From contig OY970292.1 in the NCBI GenBank assembly GCA_963716145.1, forward strand, positions 268,104-332,103: DNA of 64,000 nucleotides. Reading direction: 5' to 3'. The position numbers and the translations under genes are program-made. Source of the stretch: Candidatus Levyibacteriota bacterium (GTDB lineage: Bacteria; Patescibacteriota; Microgenomatia; Levybacterales; UBA12049). Shown here in pieces: positions 39,738 to 48,084 of this stretch (its first letter is position 1; each line of letters opens with the position of its first letter). The notes below the pieces were generated by a model. That model saw nothing but the letters and a program-made list of their open reading frames with translations. It made no database searches and was not told the origin of the DNA.

Positions 39738-40421
39738 ATGGCAAGCAAAGTTTCAAAAAAGCGAATAATTAGAAATCACCTTGAAGCAGTTACCAATATT
39801 GGTGACTCAACCGGTATTGCAAAAGGTGTGGGAAAGTCTTTAATAGATGACTTGGCGTTGGATGGTGGAAAAGACTTCCTCAGCTTCCTCGGGATGGATA
39901 CCGGATCTGACAAAAAAAATTCTGCACACGAAGCTTCTTCTGAAGATCAAAAACATGACGCAGACGGATCAATTGATATAGTCAATTTCAAAACCAAATC
40001 CTTTGAGAAAAAAGCCAGACATATAGAACAGCGTGTTGAGGCTGCTATTGATTATCACCGTGACATTGTCAGATCTTCCGAAAGAGCATCAAGCCAGGAA
40101 TTGCAAGTAAGACAAAGTCAGATTCAGCAACTTAGAATGGAGATACAATCCCTTGTAAGCTCAACCAAAATGCTGCAAATGGAATTTGCACAGATTACAA
40201 CTGAGCAATCAGTCGCAAGCGTAGGAGCATATCATGAGCACTTCTTTGAATGGATAATAAAACAGGTTAAGGCGGCACGCGAAAACGTAGAAAATTCAAG
40301 TTCGTGCATGAACATACAGAAAAATAAAGCCGGCAAAAAAGGCTATTGGGGAATGTTCAAAAAACACGGCACAAGCTTCGCCATGTCAAACGAGCGCGGT
40401 GTAGCAACCCAGGTCGGATAA
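39738..40421 (+). CDS. hypothetical protein
   Basis: 227 aa, no recognisable family. Confidence 0.4.
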   Translation: MASKVSKKRIIRNHLEAVTNIGDSTGIAKGVGKSLIDDLALDGGKDFLSFLGMDTGSDKKNSAHEASSEDQKHDADGSIDIVNFKTKSFEKKARHIEQRVEAAIDYHRDIVRSSERASSQELQVRQSQIQQLRMEIQSLVSSTKMLQMEFAQITTEQSVASVGAYHEHFFEWIIKQVKAARENVENSSSCMNIQKNKAGKKGYWGMFKKHGTSFAMSNERGVATQVG

Positions 40422-40460
40422 ACGCTTGACTCGTCAACAAAAGTTTGATATTATCAATTT

Positions 40461-40508
40461 ATGAAATCACAAATTGCATTCACATTGGCACTTCTCCTTA
40501 CCCGATAG
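40461..40508 (+). CDS. putative Leu-rich leader peptide MKSQIAFTLALLLTR
   Basis: 15 codons. Four Leu codons within LALLL (TTG GCA CTT CTC CTT). The stop lies inside hairpin 1:2 of the downstream attenuator. Confidence 0.5.
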   Translation: MKSQIAFTLALLLTR

Positions 40509-40559
40509 GGCGGGAGAAGTCGTTGTGTTGAAAATCCCGCCAACTGAGCGGGTTTTTTT
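40490..40559 (+). promoter_or_regulatory. transcription attenuator (alternative 1:2 / 2:3 / 3:4 hairpins + U7 terminator)
   Basis: Segment 1 ACTTCTCC (40490-97) pairs with GGAGAAGT (40513-20). Segment 2 GGCGGGA (40509-15) pairs with TCCCGCC (40535-41). Terminator CCCGC-caactga-GCGGG + TTTTTTT (40536-40559). The three structures are mutually exclusive. Confidence 0.6.
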
Positions 40560-40597
40560 GTGGTTTTAGGATTAAAAATCAAAAGGAGGTAAAAATT

Positions 40598-41377
40598 ATG
40601 GGAGTTAGACAAGAAACAAACGAAAGAGGAGAAAGATTTAGAATCAAGGAAGGAGACCATACATGGCGCAGATTTGCTGCAAAAGCCATAAATGATTTGA
40701 GTCCTGATTCAGTCACTGTTAAGCGAGGAGAAAAAGGACAGCTTAGAATTGCGCACGCAGACAATAATCCTTTTGGAGCCTTTGTGCGTACAGCATATTA
40801 CCTTGATATTTCGTTGGAGGGTATTTATCCGGGTACTGGCGAGGAAGGAAGGGGATTTAACCGTGAGAGAGAGGCAGTAGTTAAAAAAATATTAGCACCA
40901 ATTTTCCGTGAGCATAGGACAAATGCAAATGAGCCTGGTAATCAAAGGGTAACGTGGCCTGATCCACAACACAATACATGGGAAAGTTTTGCAGCAACCG
41001 TAGTGAATGAAAAATATCCAAGATCAGTAACATTAACAGGGGAAAGACAATTTGGTCAATTGGGAGTCTTTGCCGCGCCAGATAGCCCATACAGGCTATT
41101 TGAAAGGACAGCGAGGTATACAGCTTCCTCGCTGGAAGATGTTATTCCAGATGCAGATAAACGTGTTGCCACAACGCAAGCCATATTAAGACCCATTTTT
41201 TCAACTCATATGGAGAAGCAAGAGGCTGAAAAAACAACGGAAATTGGCGGCGTAGTATATAGGAGAGTTACGGTCAGACCAGCAAGAGGCGCGGATTCGA
41301 TTAGGAGGGAATTGAGAATTAAACCAAAAGTGGGTAGAACAAGAGTAGAATATGTAGGAAACGGAAGAATAAGATAA
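40598..41377 (+). CDS. hypothetical Arg/Glu-rich protein with internal ~90-aa duplication
   Basis: 259 aa. Strong SD AAAGGAGGT 8 nt upstream. Repeat units end ILAPIFREH / ILRPIFSTH. GC-rich and compositionally atypical. Confidence 0.5.
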   Translation: MGVRQETNERGERFRIKEGDHTWRRFAAKAINDLSPDSVTVKRGEKGQLRIAHADNNPFGAFVRTAYYLDISLEGIYPGTGEEGRGFNREREAVVKKILAPIFREHRTNANEPGNQRVTWPDPQHNTWESFAATVVNEKYPRSVTLTGERQFGQLGVFAAPDSPYRLFERTARYTASSLEDVIPDADKRVATTQAILRPIFSTHMEKQEAEKTTEIGGVVYRRVTVRPARGADSIRRELRIKPKVGRTRVEYVGNGRIR

Positions 41378-41387
41378 ATCAATTAAT

Positions 41388-41435
41388 ATGAAAAAAGTAA
41401 TTTACAGTTTGGTAGTACTCCTCATAGCCCCTTAA
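41388..41435 (+). CDS. putative branched-chain (Val/Leu/Ile)-rich leader peptide MKKVIYSLVVLLIAP
   Basis: 15 codons, 8 of them Val/Ile/Leu. Followed by nested hairpin TGGATT..CACCC-gccaacag-GGGTG..AATCCA + T6 (41455-41498). Confidence 0.5.
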   Translation: MKKVIYSLVVLLIAP

Positions 41436-41540
41436 CGGCGGGGGTACGACGTAGTGGATTGAATCACCCGCCAACAGGGTGGGAAGAATCCATTTTTTGC
41501 AAATTGACATTCCCTAGGCCGATTTGCTATCATTCAATTA

Positions 41541-41585
41541 ATGGTAGCGCAAAAATTTATTATTGAGATTATTATTGCTCCTTAG
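41541..41585 (+). CDS. putative Ile-rich leader peptide MVAQKFIIEIIIAP
   Basis: 14 codons, five ATT Ile codons in IIEIII. The stop TAG sits in the CTCC-ttag-GGAG hairpin. Promoter-like TTGACA-18-TATCAT at 41504-41533 upstream. Confidence 0.55.
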   Translation: MVAQKFIIEIIIAP

Positions 41586-41610
41586 GGAGGGTTTCTAGGC
41601 ACGCGCTTTG

Positions 41611-41634
41611 AACCTCCCCAACGGGAGTTTTTTT
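41611..41634 (+). terminator. attenuator terminator CCTCCC-caac-GGGAG + T7
   Basis: The 5' arm is complementary to GGGAGGG (41586-41592) immediately after the leader stop, giving an antiterminator alternative. Confidence 0.6.
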
Positions 41635-41747
41635 GTATACAAAAATTATTTATAAATAGTATACAATCCGCCAAGAGTGCTCCTTGAGCCGTGTTCGAAT
41701 AGAACTGAAAAGGCGAAAGGTAAACGACGGCGGATGTGAATTTAAAT

Positions 41748-43015
41748 ATGGACAAAGTAACAGTCAAAACAATAGACGAGGCGGAAAAAGTGCTTGAAAA
41801 TGTGATACGCAAAACGCCGCTTCAGTATAACAAACGGCTTTCCGATTTATATGGGCCAAAATATACTTTAAACGCGAAGATCTGCAAGATGTCCGCTCAT
41901 ACAAAATAAGAGGCGCGTACAACCTGATGAATAGCCTAACGGCAAAAGAAAAATCAAAAGGCGTTGTGACAGCCAGCGCGGGAAACCATGCGCAGGGAGT
42001 AGCGATGAGTGCATATATTCTCAAGATAAAAGCTACAATTTTTATGCCTGTAATCACACCTCTTCAAAAAATTAATAAAGTAAAACATTTTGGAAAAGAA
42101 TGGATAACAGTAAAACTTGTGGGGCAGGTGTATGATGATGCCTCTAATGCTGCGCATCAGTATTGCGAAGAAAACAAACAAACATATGTTCACCCTTTCA
42201 ATGATCCGCGCACCATATCAGGGCAAGGGACAGTCGGAAAAGAGATTTTGGAACAACTGGAAGAAAAAAGCCTGCCAACCAAAGGAAAAGTTGATTTTGT
42301 TTTTTGCCCGATTGGCGGAGGCGGACTCATATCAGGAGCTGGCACTTACATCAAAACAAAATTCCCAGATGCAAAAATCATTGGAGTTGAGCCAAAAGGT
42401 GCTCCCGCAATGCTTGAGGCCTTCAAACAGAAAAAAGTAGTGACCCTCAAAAAGATAGACACTTTTGTCGACGGTGCAGCAATAACGACTGTTGGAGAAT
42501 TGAGCTTCAAGATTGCCTCAAAAGTCACTGACAAAATCGTGGTGAGCGATGAAGGGAAAGTCTGTGTAACTATGGTTGATCTTTACCAAAACGAGGGAAT
42601 AATCGCAGAACCCGCCGGAGCATTATCGATTTCAGCACTGGACGAATTTGCTAAAGAAATTAAAGGAAAAACTATAGTTTGTGTCTTGAGTGGGGGAAAT
42701 AATGATATTCTGCGTTATCCTGAGATAATGGAAAAGAGTCTGGTTTATAAAGGCTTGAAGCACTATTTTCTGATTGAGTTCGCTCAAAAACCCGGACAAT
42801 TAAGACAATTCCTCAATCACGCCCTGGGTCCGAGAGATGATATAGTTTTATTTGAATACATAAAAAGAAACTCCAGAGAAAAAGGACCGGCACTTATCGG
42901 GGTTGAGCTGAGTAAAAAAGAAGATCTTTCTCTTCTTCTTGACAACATGGACAAATTGCAGATACGCTATACAAAGATCACAGCAGACGACCCTCTTTAC
43001 GGGTTTGTGCTCTAA
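41748..43015 (+). CDS. ilvA: threonine dehydratase (threonine ammonia-lyase) with C-terminal regulatory domain, split by a frameshift in this assembly
   Basis: PLP motif SYKIRGAY, ASAGNHAQGVA, GGGGL. The N-terminal 53 codons are in another frame. Adding one A to the A4 run at 41858-41861 gives ...LSDLYGPKIYFKREDLQDVRSYKIRGAY... Confidence 0.85.
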
Positions 43016-43027
43016 TATTACTTCTAT

Positions 43028-43405
43028 ATGAAAATTATAAAAACAGATAATGCCCCAGCAGCAGTTGGCCCATATTCACAAGCAATTATAAGCAATGGTT
43101 TTGTTTTTTGCTCAGGTCAAATAGGACTAGATCCCAAAACAGGAGAGTTAAAGGGAGCGGATATAATTTCTCAGACAACTCAAATAATTTTTAATCTAAA
43201 ATCAGTGCTTGAGCAAGCAGGAAGTTCGCTGCAAAACGTTGTTAAAACTACTTGCTATCTAACTGATATTTCAGATTTCCAGAAATTCAATGATATTTAC
43301 GCAAAGCACTTCATATCCTCTCCTGCGCGGGCAACAGTTGAGGTATCTCATCTCCCAAAAGATGCTATAGTTGAGATCGAAGCGATCGCCGAAATCAATT
43401 CATGA
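43028..43405 (+). CDS. ridA: RidA/YjgF family enamine/imine deaminase
   Basis: 125 aa. DNAPAAVGPYSQAI...VKTTCYL...PARATVEV signature. The classic ilvA-ridA pairing. Confidence 0.9.
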   Translation: MKIIKTDNAPAAVGPYSQAIISNGFVFCSGQIGLDPKTGELKGADIISQTTQIIFNLKSVLEQAGSSLQNVVKTTCYLTDISDFQKFNDIYAKHFISSPARATVEVSHLPKDAIVEIEAIAEINS

Positions 43406-44484
43406 TCAATCAAGATAGACTGGTACAAACCTTCCTCGATCTGGTAAAGATAGACAGCCCCTCAGGTGATGAAAAAGAAATATCAAAATTTGTTGCGAAA
43501 AAATTAAAAAATTTAGGCGGAAAAGTTGTATTTGATAATTATGGAAACCTAATTGCGAAATTTGGAGGAATAGGCGAGTCCTTTATGCTCAACAGTCACT
43601 TGGATACCGTTGAGCCGGGACGCGGAATAAAACCAAAAATTCTAGGAGACAAAATAGTCTCATATGGAACGACAATACTTGGCGGGGACGCGAAAGCTGG
43701 CGTCGCGGTTATACTTGAAACGCTTGAATCGCTAAAAGAAGATCGTAGAAAGCCTGTCCCCATTGAAGTTGTACTTACGCTGGAGGAGGAGATAGGCTTG
43801 AAGGGGGCAGTAAATCTTGATTACTCCAAAATCCATTCAAAAATAGGAGTAACATTTGACGGAGATAAATCAGGCGTTGAAAATATTACTGTCTCAGCTC
43901 CGGGATATAACACAGTTGATGTTGAAATTATCGGTTGGGCTGCGCACGCCGGTTCTGAACCGGAGAAAGGAATTTCCGCAATTAAAATCGCCGCCGAAAT
44001 CATAACCCATCTTGAAGTTGGAAGGATTGATCAAGAAACTACTGCCAATGTCGGGTTGATTGAAGGAGGTAGCGCGCGAAACACAGTCCCTGAGAATGTG
44101 CATTTTAAAGCTGAGATAAGAAGCCGCAGTCTTACAAAACTTGAAAAGCATTCCATACATTTTGAACAGGTTTTCAAAATGGTTTCAGCAAAATATCCTG
44201 CAGCTAAAATTAAGTTGAATATTCAACGGGAATTTGATCCATACTTTTTTGTGGAAACTCAAGACGTGATACAGCAAATTAGCAAAGCGCTTAAAAAGAT
44301 TGGGCTGAAACCAAAACTGGGATCAGCAGGCGGGTCATCTGATGTTAATATCTTTTACGCACACGGAATAGAAGCAGTATGCGTGGGTGGCATGTATTAC
44401 AATCCGCACACAACAAGGGAATATGTTAAAATTTCAGATTTGGTAAATGGAGCCCGATTTTGCGAAGAATTGGTCCTAAATTAG
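43402..44484 (+). CDS. M20 family peptidase (peptidase T-like)
   Basis: 360 aa. HLDTV, GGDAKAG and EEEIGLKGA metal-binding motifs of M20B/PepT. Confidence 0.8.
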   Translation: MINQDRLVQTFLDLVKIDSPSGDEKEISKFVAKKLKNLGGKVVFDNYGNLIAKFGGIGESFMLNSHLDTVEPGRGIKPKILGDKIVSYGTTILGGDAKAGVAVILETLESLKEDRRKPVPIEVVLTLEEEIGLKGAVNLDYSKIHSKIGVTFDGDKSGVENITVSAPGYNTVDVEIIGWAAHAGSEPEKGISAIKIAAEIITHLEVGRIDQETTANVGLIEGGSARNTVPENVHFKAEIRSRSLTKLEKHSIHFEQVFKMVSAKYPAAKIKLNIQREFDPYFFVETQDVIQQISKALKKIGLKPKLGSAGGSSDVNIFYAHGIEAVCVGGMYYNPHTTREYVKISDLVNGARFCEELVLN

Positions 44485-44592
44485 ATTCTGTGGGCCCACG
44501 AGGAGTCGAACCTCGGTCCACCCCTGTCTCGCTTCGCTCGCAGGCGAACTCGACCTAAAGGTCTGCGTTCCTTTGCAATGTCAATGTAATTG

Positions 44593-44666
44593 TGGATCTA
44601 AGTGGATTCGAACCGCTGACCTCTTCAATGTCAATGAAGCGCTCTAACCAACTGAGCTATAGATCC
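44593..44666 (-). tRNA. tRNA-Val(GAC)
   Basis: GGATCTA-TA-GCTC-AGTTGGTTA-GAGC-G-CTTCA-TTGACAT-TGAAG-AGGTC-AGCGG-TTCGAAT-CCACT-TAGATCC-A, with one C:A mismatch in the T-stem. Confidence 0.85.
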
Positions 44667-44861
44667 AATTGCAACAAATAATTAACCAGCTGCCTGCCCC
44701 GTTATTCGCTCTTGCGATGCGAGGATGAAAACCTCGAGAGCAAGTAAGAATTTACGGGGAGCTATGAACCCTCTAATCCTCTCATTCTAACAAAATTTTG
44801 CCTTGAAAACAATCAACTCAGCACGCTTGACAGGCCTTTCTTCACCTCTTATACTATTTCT

Positions 44862-45092
44862 GTGGAGCAGCCTTACGAAAGATCAAGTCTCAAACTGTCC
44901 AAAAAACAAATTATCGTAAATAATTTTATTGGCGGGCTTTTTTGGGCGCTCGGAGCAACTGTGGGACTTGCGTTTATATTTACCCTCCTCAGCCTAATAA
45001 CAAAAAATATAAATCTCGTTCCCTATGTCGGATCATTTGTCTCTCAAATAATTGATTTCGTAATTTCACATAACCCCAATCTTCAAAAGTAA
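44862..45092 (+). CDS. small membrane protein
   Basis: 76 aa with one or two TM helices. Confidence 0.4.
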   Translation: MEQPYERSSLKLSKKQIIVNNFIGGLFWALGATVGLAFIFTLLSLITKNINLVPYVGSFVSQIIDFVISHNPNLQK

Positions 45093-45136
45093 CTCCTATC
45101 TTTATATAAAACAATAATTCGGTTATAATCCAAAGT

Positions 45137-46355
45137 ATGGATAAAAATCAAATTAAAAGCCACCAGCAAATTAGCCAGGAGCAGGATCTGTATGTTATGT
45201 CTGAGCTTGTTGGCTCAGGCCTGCCACTATTGACACCCAAAGGGACTGTCCTTAGAAGAACTCTTCAAGCATACATAGATAATTTGTTGGAAAAACAGGG
45301 ATACCAATTTGTAACGATTCCGCACATCGCGCGAAAAACACTTTACGAAAAATCCGGACATTTAGAAAAATTTTCCGAGGATATGTTTCCGGTTATGAAG
45401 ACAAAGGACCGCGAATATATGCTCAAACCGGCAAACTGCCCCCATCATATAGAAATTTTCGCCAGAAAACCACATTCTTACCGCGAGATGCCTCAGCGTT
45501 ACGCTGAAAGCACCACGCAATACCGATCCGAGCAGTCAGGAGAACTTGAGGGGCTCGCAAGAGTCCTGGCTTTAACACTTGATGATTCCCATGTTTTTGC
45601 CACACTTGATCAAATAAAAGATGAATTTAGAAGAGCGTTGAATATCAATAAGCAAATGCTTGAGGATTTTAAATTGAATTACTGGATTAGACTATCAGCA
45701 TGGGATCCAAAAAAGAAGACAAGGTACCTGGGTGATGAGAAGGTATGGGAGGAGATGCAGAATTTAATGGAACAGATTCTCAAGGATTCTAAAATTAATT
45801 ATAAAAAGGTTGAGGGCGAAGCCGCTTTTTACGACCAAAATGGATCTTATTACAACAGACTCAAACGGAAAAGAATGGCAGGTGTCAACAATTCAGGTGG
45901 ACTTCAATTTACCTGAAAGATTTAACATATCGTATATTGACGCAGACGGAAAAGAAAAAAGGCCTATCATGCTTCACAGGGCAACTTTTGGATCATATGA
46001 GCGTTTCCTGGCAATGATTATTGAACATTTTCAAGGTGCATTTCCCACTTGGCTTGCGCCTGTTCAGATGACGCTTCTACCAATTGCCGATAGACATATT
46101 GAATTTGCTGAGCAAGTGAATAAACAACTACTAGATGCGGGGTTCCGCTCAGAGGTTGATACGCGCTCTGAACGGCTTCAGGCCAAAATCCGAGATGCTG
46201 CTTTACAAAAAGTACCATTTATGGGTATAATAGGGGATAAAGAAATTGATACCAAAGAGGTATCTGTTAGAATGCGCGGGGGAGAAGACTTAGGTTCCCT
46301 TACAAACGAATCCCTAATTAATAAGTTACAAGAAAACATTGATAAGAAAATATAA
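45137..46355 (+). CDS. thrS: threonyl-tRNA synthetase (catalytic core + anticodon-binding domain; no N-terminal TGS/editing domains), split by a frameshift in this assembly
   Basis: Class II motifs (YMLKPANCPHH, FRRALN). The second ORF continues ...QVDFNLPERF...HRATFGSYERF...PTWLAPVQ. Frames join at the T5 run 45826-45830. Confidence 0.85.
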
Positions 46356-46905
46356 GCCAACTCAAAAGAAAATATATAGACTTAATCAGCGTATTTTCGC
46401 GTCGCCCTTGAGAGTACTGGACGCGGAAGGAAAATTGATTGGGGTACTAACAAAGTTTGAAGCACTGAAGCTTGCCCAGGAGCAGGAATTGGATTTGGTC
46501 GAAATTGCGCCAAAGGCACAGCCCCCGGTTGCAAAAATAGTAGATTTTAACAAATTTCTTTACCAACAGGAAAAAAAGAAAAAAGAGGAAAAGAAAAAAG
46601 CAAAAGTGAGTGAGACCAAGGAGCTAAGACTTGGTCCTTTTATGTCTGAGCATGATTTGCAAGTGGTAATTAGAAGAGGACGCGAATTCCTGGAAGAAGG
46701 ACACAAATTAAGATTGGTCTTAAAATTCAGAGGAAGACAAATCGTTCATCCTGAATTTGGACACAAGACAATTGGAAAACTGGTTGAATCATTAAAAGAT
46801 ATATCAAAAATAGATAGGGAGGCACATTTTGAAGGAAAACAATTAGTAGCACTTCTCTCAGCTGAGAAGGGAAAGAAAAAAGATGAAAACAAAACAGAAA
46901 GTTAG
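46339..46905 (+). CDS. infC: translation initiation factor IF-3
   Basis: 188 aa. INQRI...VRVID N-domain and C-domain. Lys-rich linker. Canonical position after thrS. Confidence 0.9.
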   Translation: MIRKYKPTQKKIYRLNQRIFASPLRVLDAEGKLIGVLTKFEALKLAQEQELDLVEIAPKAQPPVAKIVDFNKFLYQQEKKKKEEKKKAKVSETKELRLGPFMSEHDLQVVIRRGREFLEEGHKLRLVLKFRGRQIVHPEFGHKTIGKLVESLKDISKIDREAHFEGKQLVALLSAEKGKKKDENKTES

Positions 46906-47083
46906 AGGATCTGTCAGTAAAAGATTTAAAGTGACCAAAACAGGCAAAGTAAAATTTGCCCATCAATTTGGCAGCCACAAAAAGCTGCATAAGTCCAAGT
47001 CCAGAATTAGGCGTCAAAAAGAACCGGGAACGCTAACAGGCGCATTTGCAAAGAAGGTAAAACAGATGTTGGCAGTAGCCTAG
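46883..47083 (+). CDS. rpmI: 50S ribosomal protein L35
   Basis: 66 aa, basic. [10 protein letters not shown] motif. Confidence 0.9.
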   Translation: MKTKQKVRGSVSKRFKVTKTGKVKFAHQFGSHKKLHKSKSRIRRQKEPGTLTGAFAKKVKQMLAVA

Positions 47084-47093
47084 AAAGGAAATT

Positions 47094-47444
47094 ATGGCAA
47101 GAATTAAAAGAGGAGTTGTATCAAAAAGAAAACATAATAAATTACTGGATCTGACCAAAGGCTTCAGGGGTACAAAAAGCACCCTGATCCGGGAAGCAAA
47201 AGCAGCCAGTCTTCACGCGGGTCAATACGCGTACAATGGGCGCAAGGAGAGAAAAAGCGACTTCCGCTCCCTTTGGATCATAAGGATAGGCGAGGCTGTC
47301 AAACAATACGGGCTTTCTTACAGTGTTTTTATCAATAAATTGAAAAAAGCCAATATTGAACTTGATAGAAAAATTTTAAGCAGCTTGGTGGTTGAGGATC
47401 CGGAAGCATTCAAACACGTCGTTAACTTAGCCAAAAAAATATAA
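47094..47444 (+). CDS. rplT: 50S ribosomal protein L20
   Basis: 116 aa. [17 protein letters not shown]-terminus. Confidence 0.95.
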   Translation: MARIKRGVVSKRKHNKLLDLTKGFRGTKSTLIREAKAASLHAGQYAYNGRKERKSDFRSLWIIRIGEAVKQYGLSYSVFINKLKKANIELDRKILSSLVVEDPEAFKHVVNLAKKI

Positions 47445-47445
47445 T

Positions 47446-47541
47446 ATGATTAACTCAGTGAAAAACTTACAATTAAATTGGTATTACTTTTACTTTACTT
47501 CTCGCAAAAGCGGGAGGTTGAGTTATGGTTTAAATAACTAA
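47446..47541 (+). CDS. putative aromatic (Trp/Tyr/Phe)-rich leader peptide MINSVKNLQLNWYYFYFTSRKSGRLSYGLNN
   Basis: 31 codons. TGG TAT TAC TTT TAC TTT run at 47479-47496. Begins 2 nt after the rplT stop. Confidence 0.5.
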   Translation: MINSVKNLQLNWYYFYFTSRKSGRLSYGLNN

Positions 47542-47588
47542 AAAGAAATAAACCAAAACCCAATACCTCCCAAACGGGAGGTTTTTTT
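47501..47588 (+). promoter_or_regulatory. attenuator: hairpin CTCGC-aaaa-GCGGG, antiterminator GGGAGGT/ACCTCCC, terminator ACCTCCC-aaac-GGGAGGT + T7
   Basis: GGGAGG occurs at 47512-17 and 47576-82, and CCTCCC at 47566-71. Terminator U-run at 47582-47588. Confidence 0.55.
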
Positions 47589-47604
47589 ATGGGAAAAATA
47601 AAAT

Positions 47605-47976
47605 ATGAGAACACAAGAACTACAGCGCGACAGAATAGAAATATGGGAAAGAAGAAAATCTGCAAAACCCAGTGGCAAGGATGTTGTTACGGCTATGATA
47701 TTCCCGCTGCCATGGGGCGCTGGTGTTCATCAGTTTGAATCCCCTGCCGGGACAATAACCGTTGATATGAGCTTTGGAAGAATAAATCCGGCAAATGAAA
47801 CTCAACAAGTCGTCGTAAAAGGACCTCGGAGTGGCGGGACGATTGTAATGGATCTTATAAATGGAAAGGGAAGAGCAATGCCTAGCCCTGGTGTTGAAGT
47901 GGTTTTTGACGCGTCCCGGCTTACAAGCGCGTTGGATGCGGACAATATGCGCTCAAAATCTAGGCGAGGCTGGTAG
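47605..47976 (+). CDS. hypothetical 123-aa protein under aromatic-leader control
   Basis: No family recognised (…TITVDMSFGRINPANETQQVVVKGPRSGGTIVMDLINGKGR…). Moderately GC-rich. Confidence 0.45.
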   Translation: MRTQELQRDRIEIWERRKSAKPSGKDVVTAMIFPLPWGAGVHQFESPAGTITVDMSFGRINPANETQQVVVKGPRSGGTIVMDLINGKGRAMPSPGVEVVFDASRLTSALDADNMRSKSRRGW

Positions 47977-47991
47977 TCAAATATATTTTTG

Positions 47992-48020
47992 TTGACTAGC
48001 ATAAAAAAGTCTGATATACT
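47992..48020 (+). promoter_or_regulatory. sigma70 promoter TTGACT-17-TATACT
   Basis: TTGACT at 47992-47997 and TATACT at 48015-48020. The leader ATG is 8 nt downstream. Confidence 0.6.
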
Positions 48021-48027
48021 ATATCCA

Positions 48028-48084
48028 GATGAAGAATCTTATTAAAACAAACGCATTTTACTTTACCTTCGCTAAGCGGGGGTA
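48028..48084 (+). CDS. putative Phe/Tyr-rich leader peptide MKNLIKTNAFYFTFAKRG
   Basis: 18 codons. TTT TAC TTT ACC TTC at 48055-48069. The stop TAG (48082-84) lies inside segment 2 of the attenuator. Confidence 0.6.

Noticed and set aside
40480-40560. Small riboswitch (preQ1-I, guanidine-II/III, fluoride) upstream of 40598
   Set aside because: No conserved aptamer nucleotides of those classes are present. The element is better explained as a leader-peptide attenuator, because a Leu-rich mini-ORF has its stop codon in the first hairpin.
41436-41500. Interpreting the nested hairpin + T6 after the first branched-chain leader as a simple terminator of gene 40598..41377
   Set aside because: It lies after the mini-ORF rather than after the 259-aa gene stop, and is followed by a second promoter, leader and terminator unit. 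This fits a tandem attenuator better. The two roles are not mutually exclusive.
47589-47738. 49-codon ORF MGKIKYENTR... starting at the ATG that follows the first aromatic attenuator
   Set aside because: It is out of frame with and overlaps the 123-aa ORF. The ATGG(G)AAAAA(T)ATG spacer is conserved with the pheA unit, where it encodes only MEKIW*. It is more likely a linker than a gene, though a short coupling ORF cannot be excluded.
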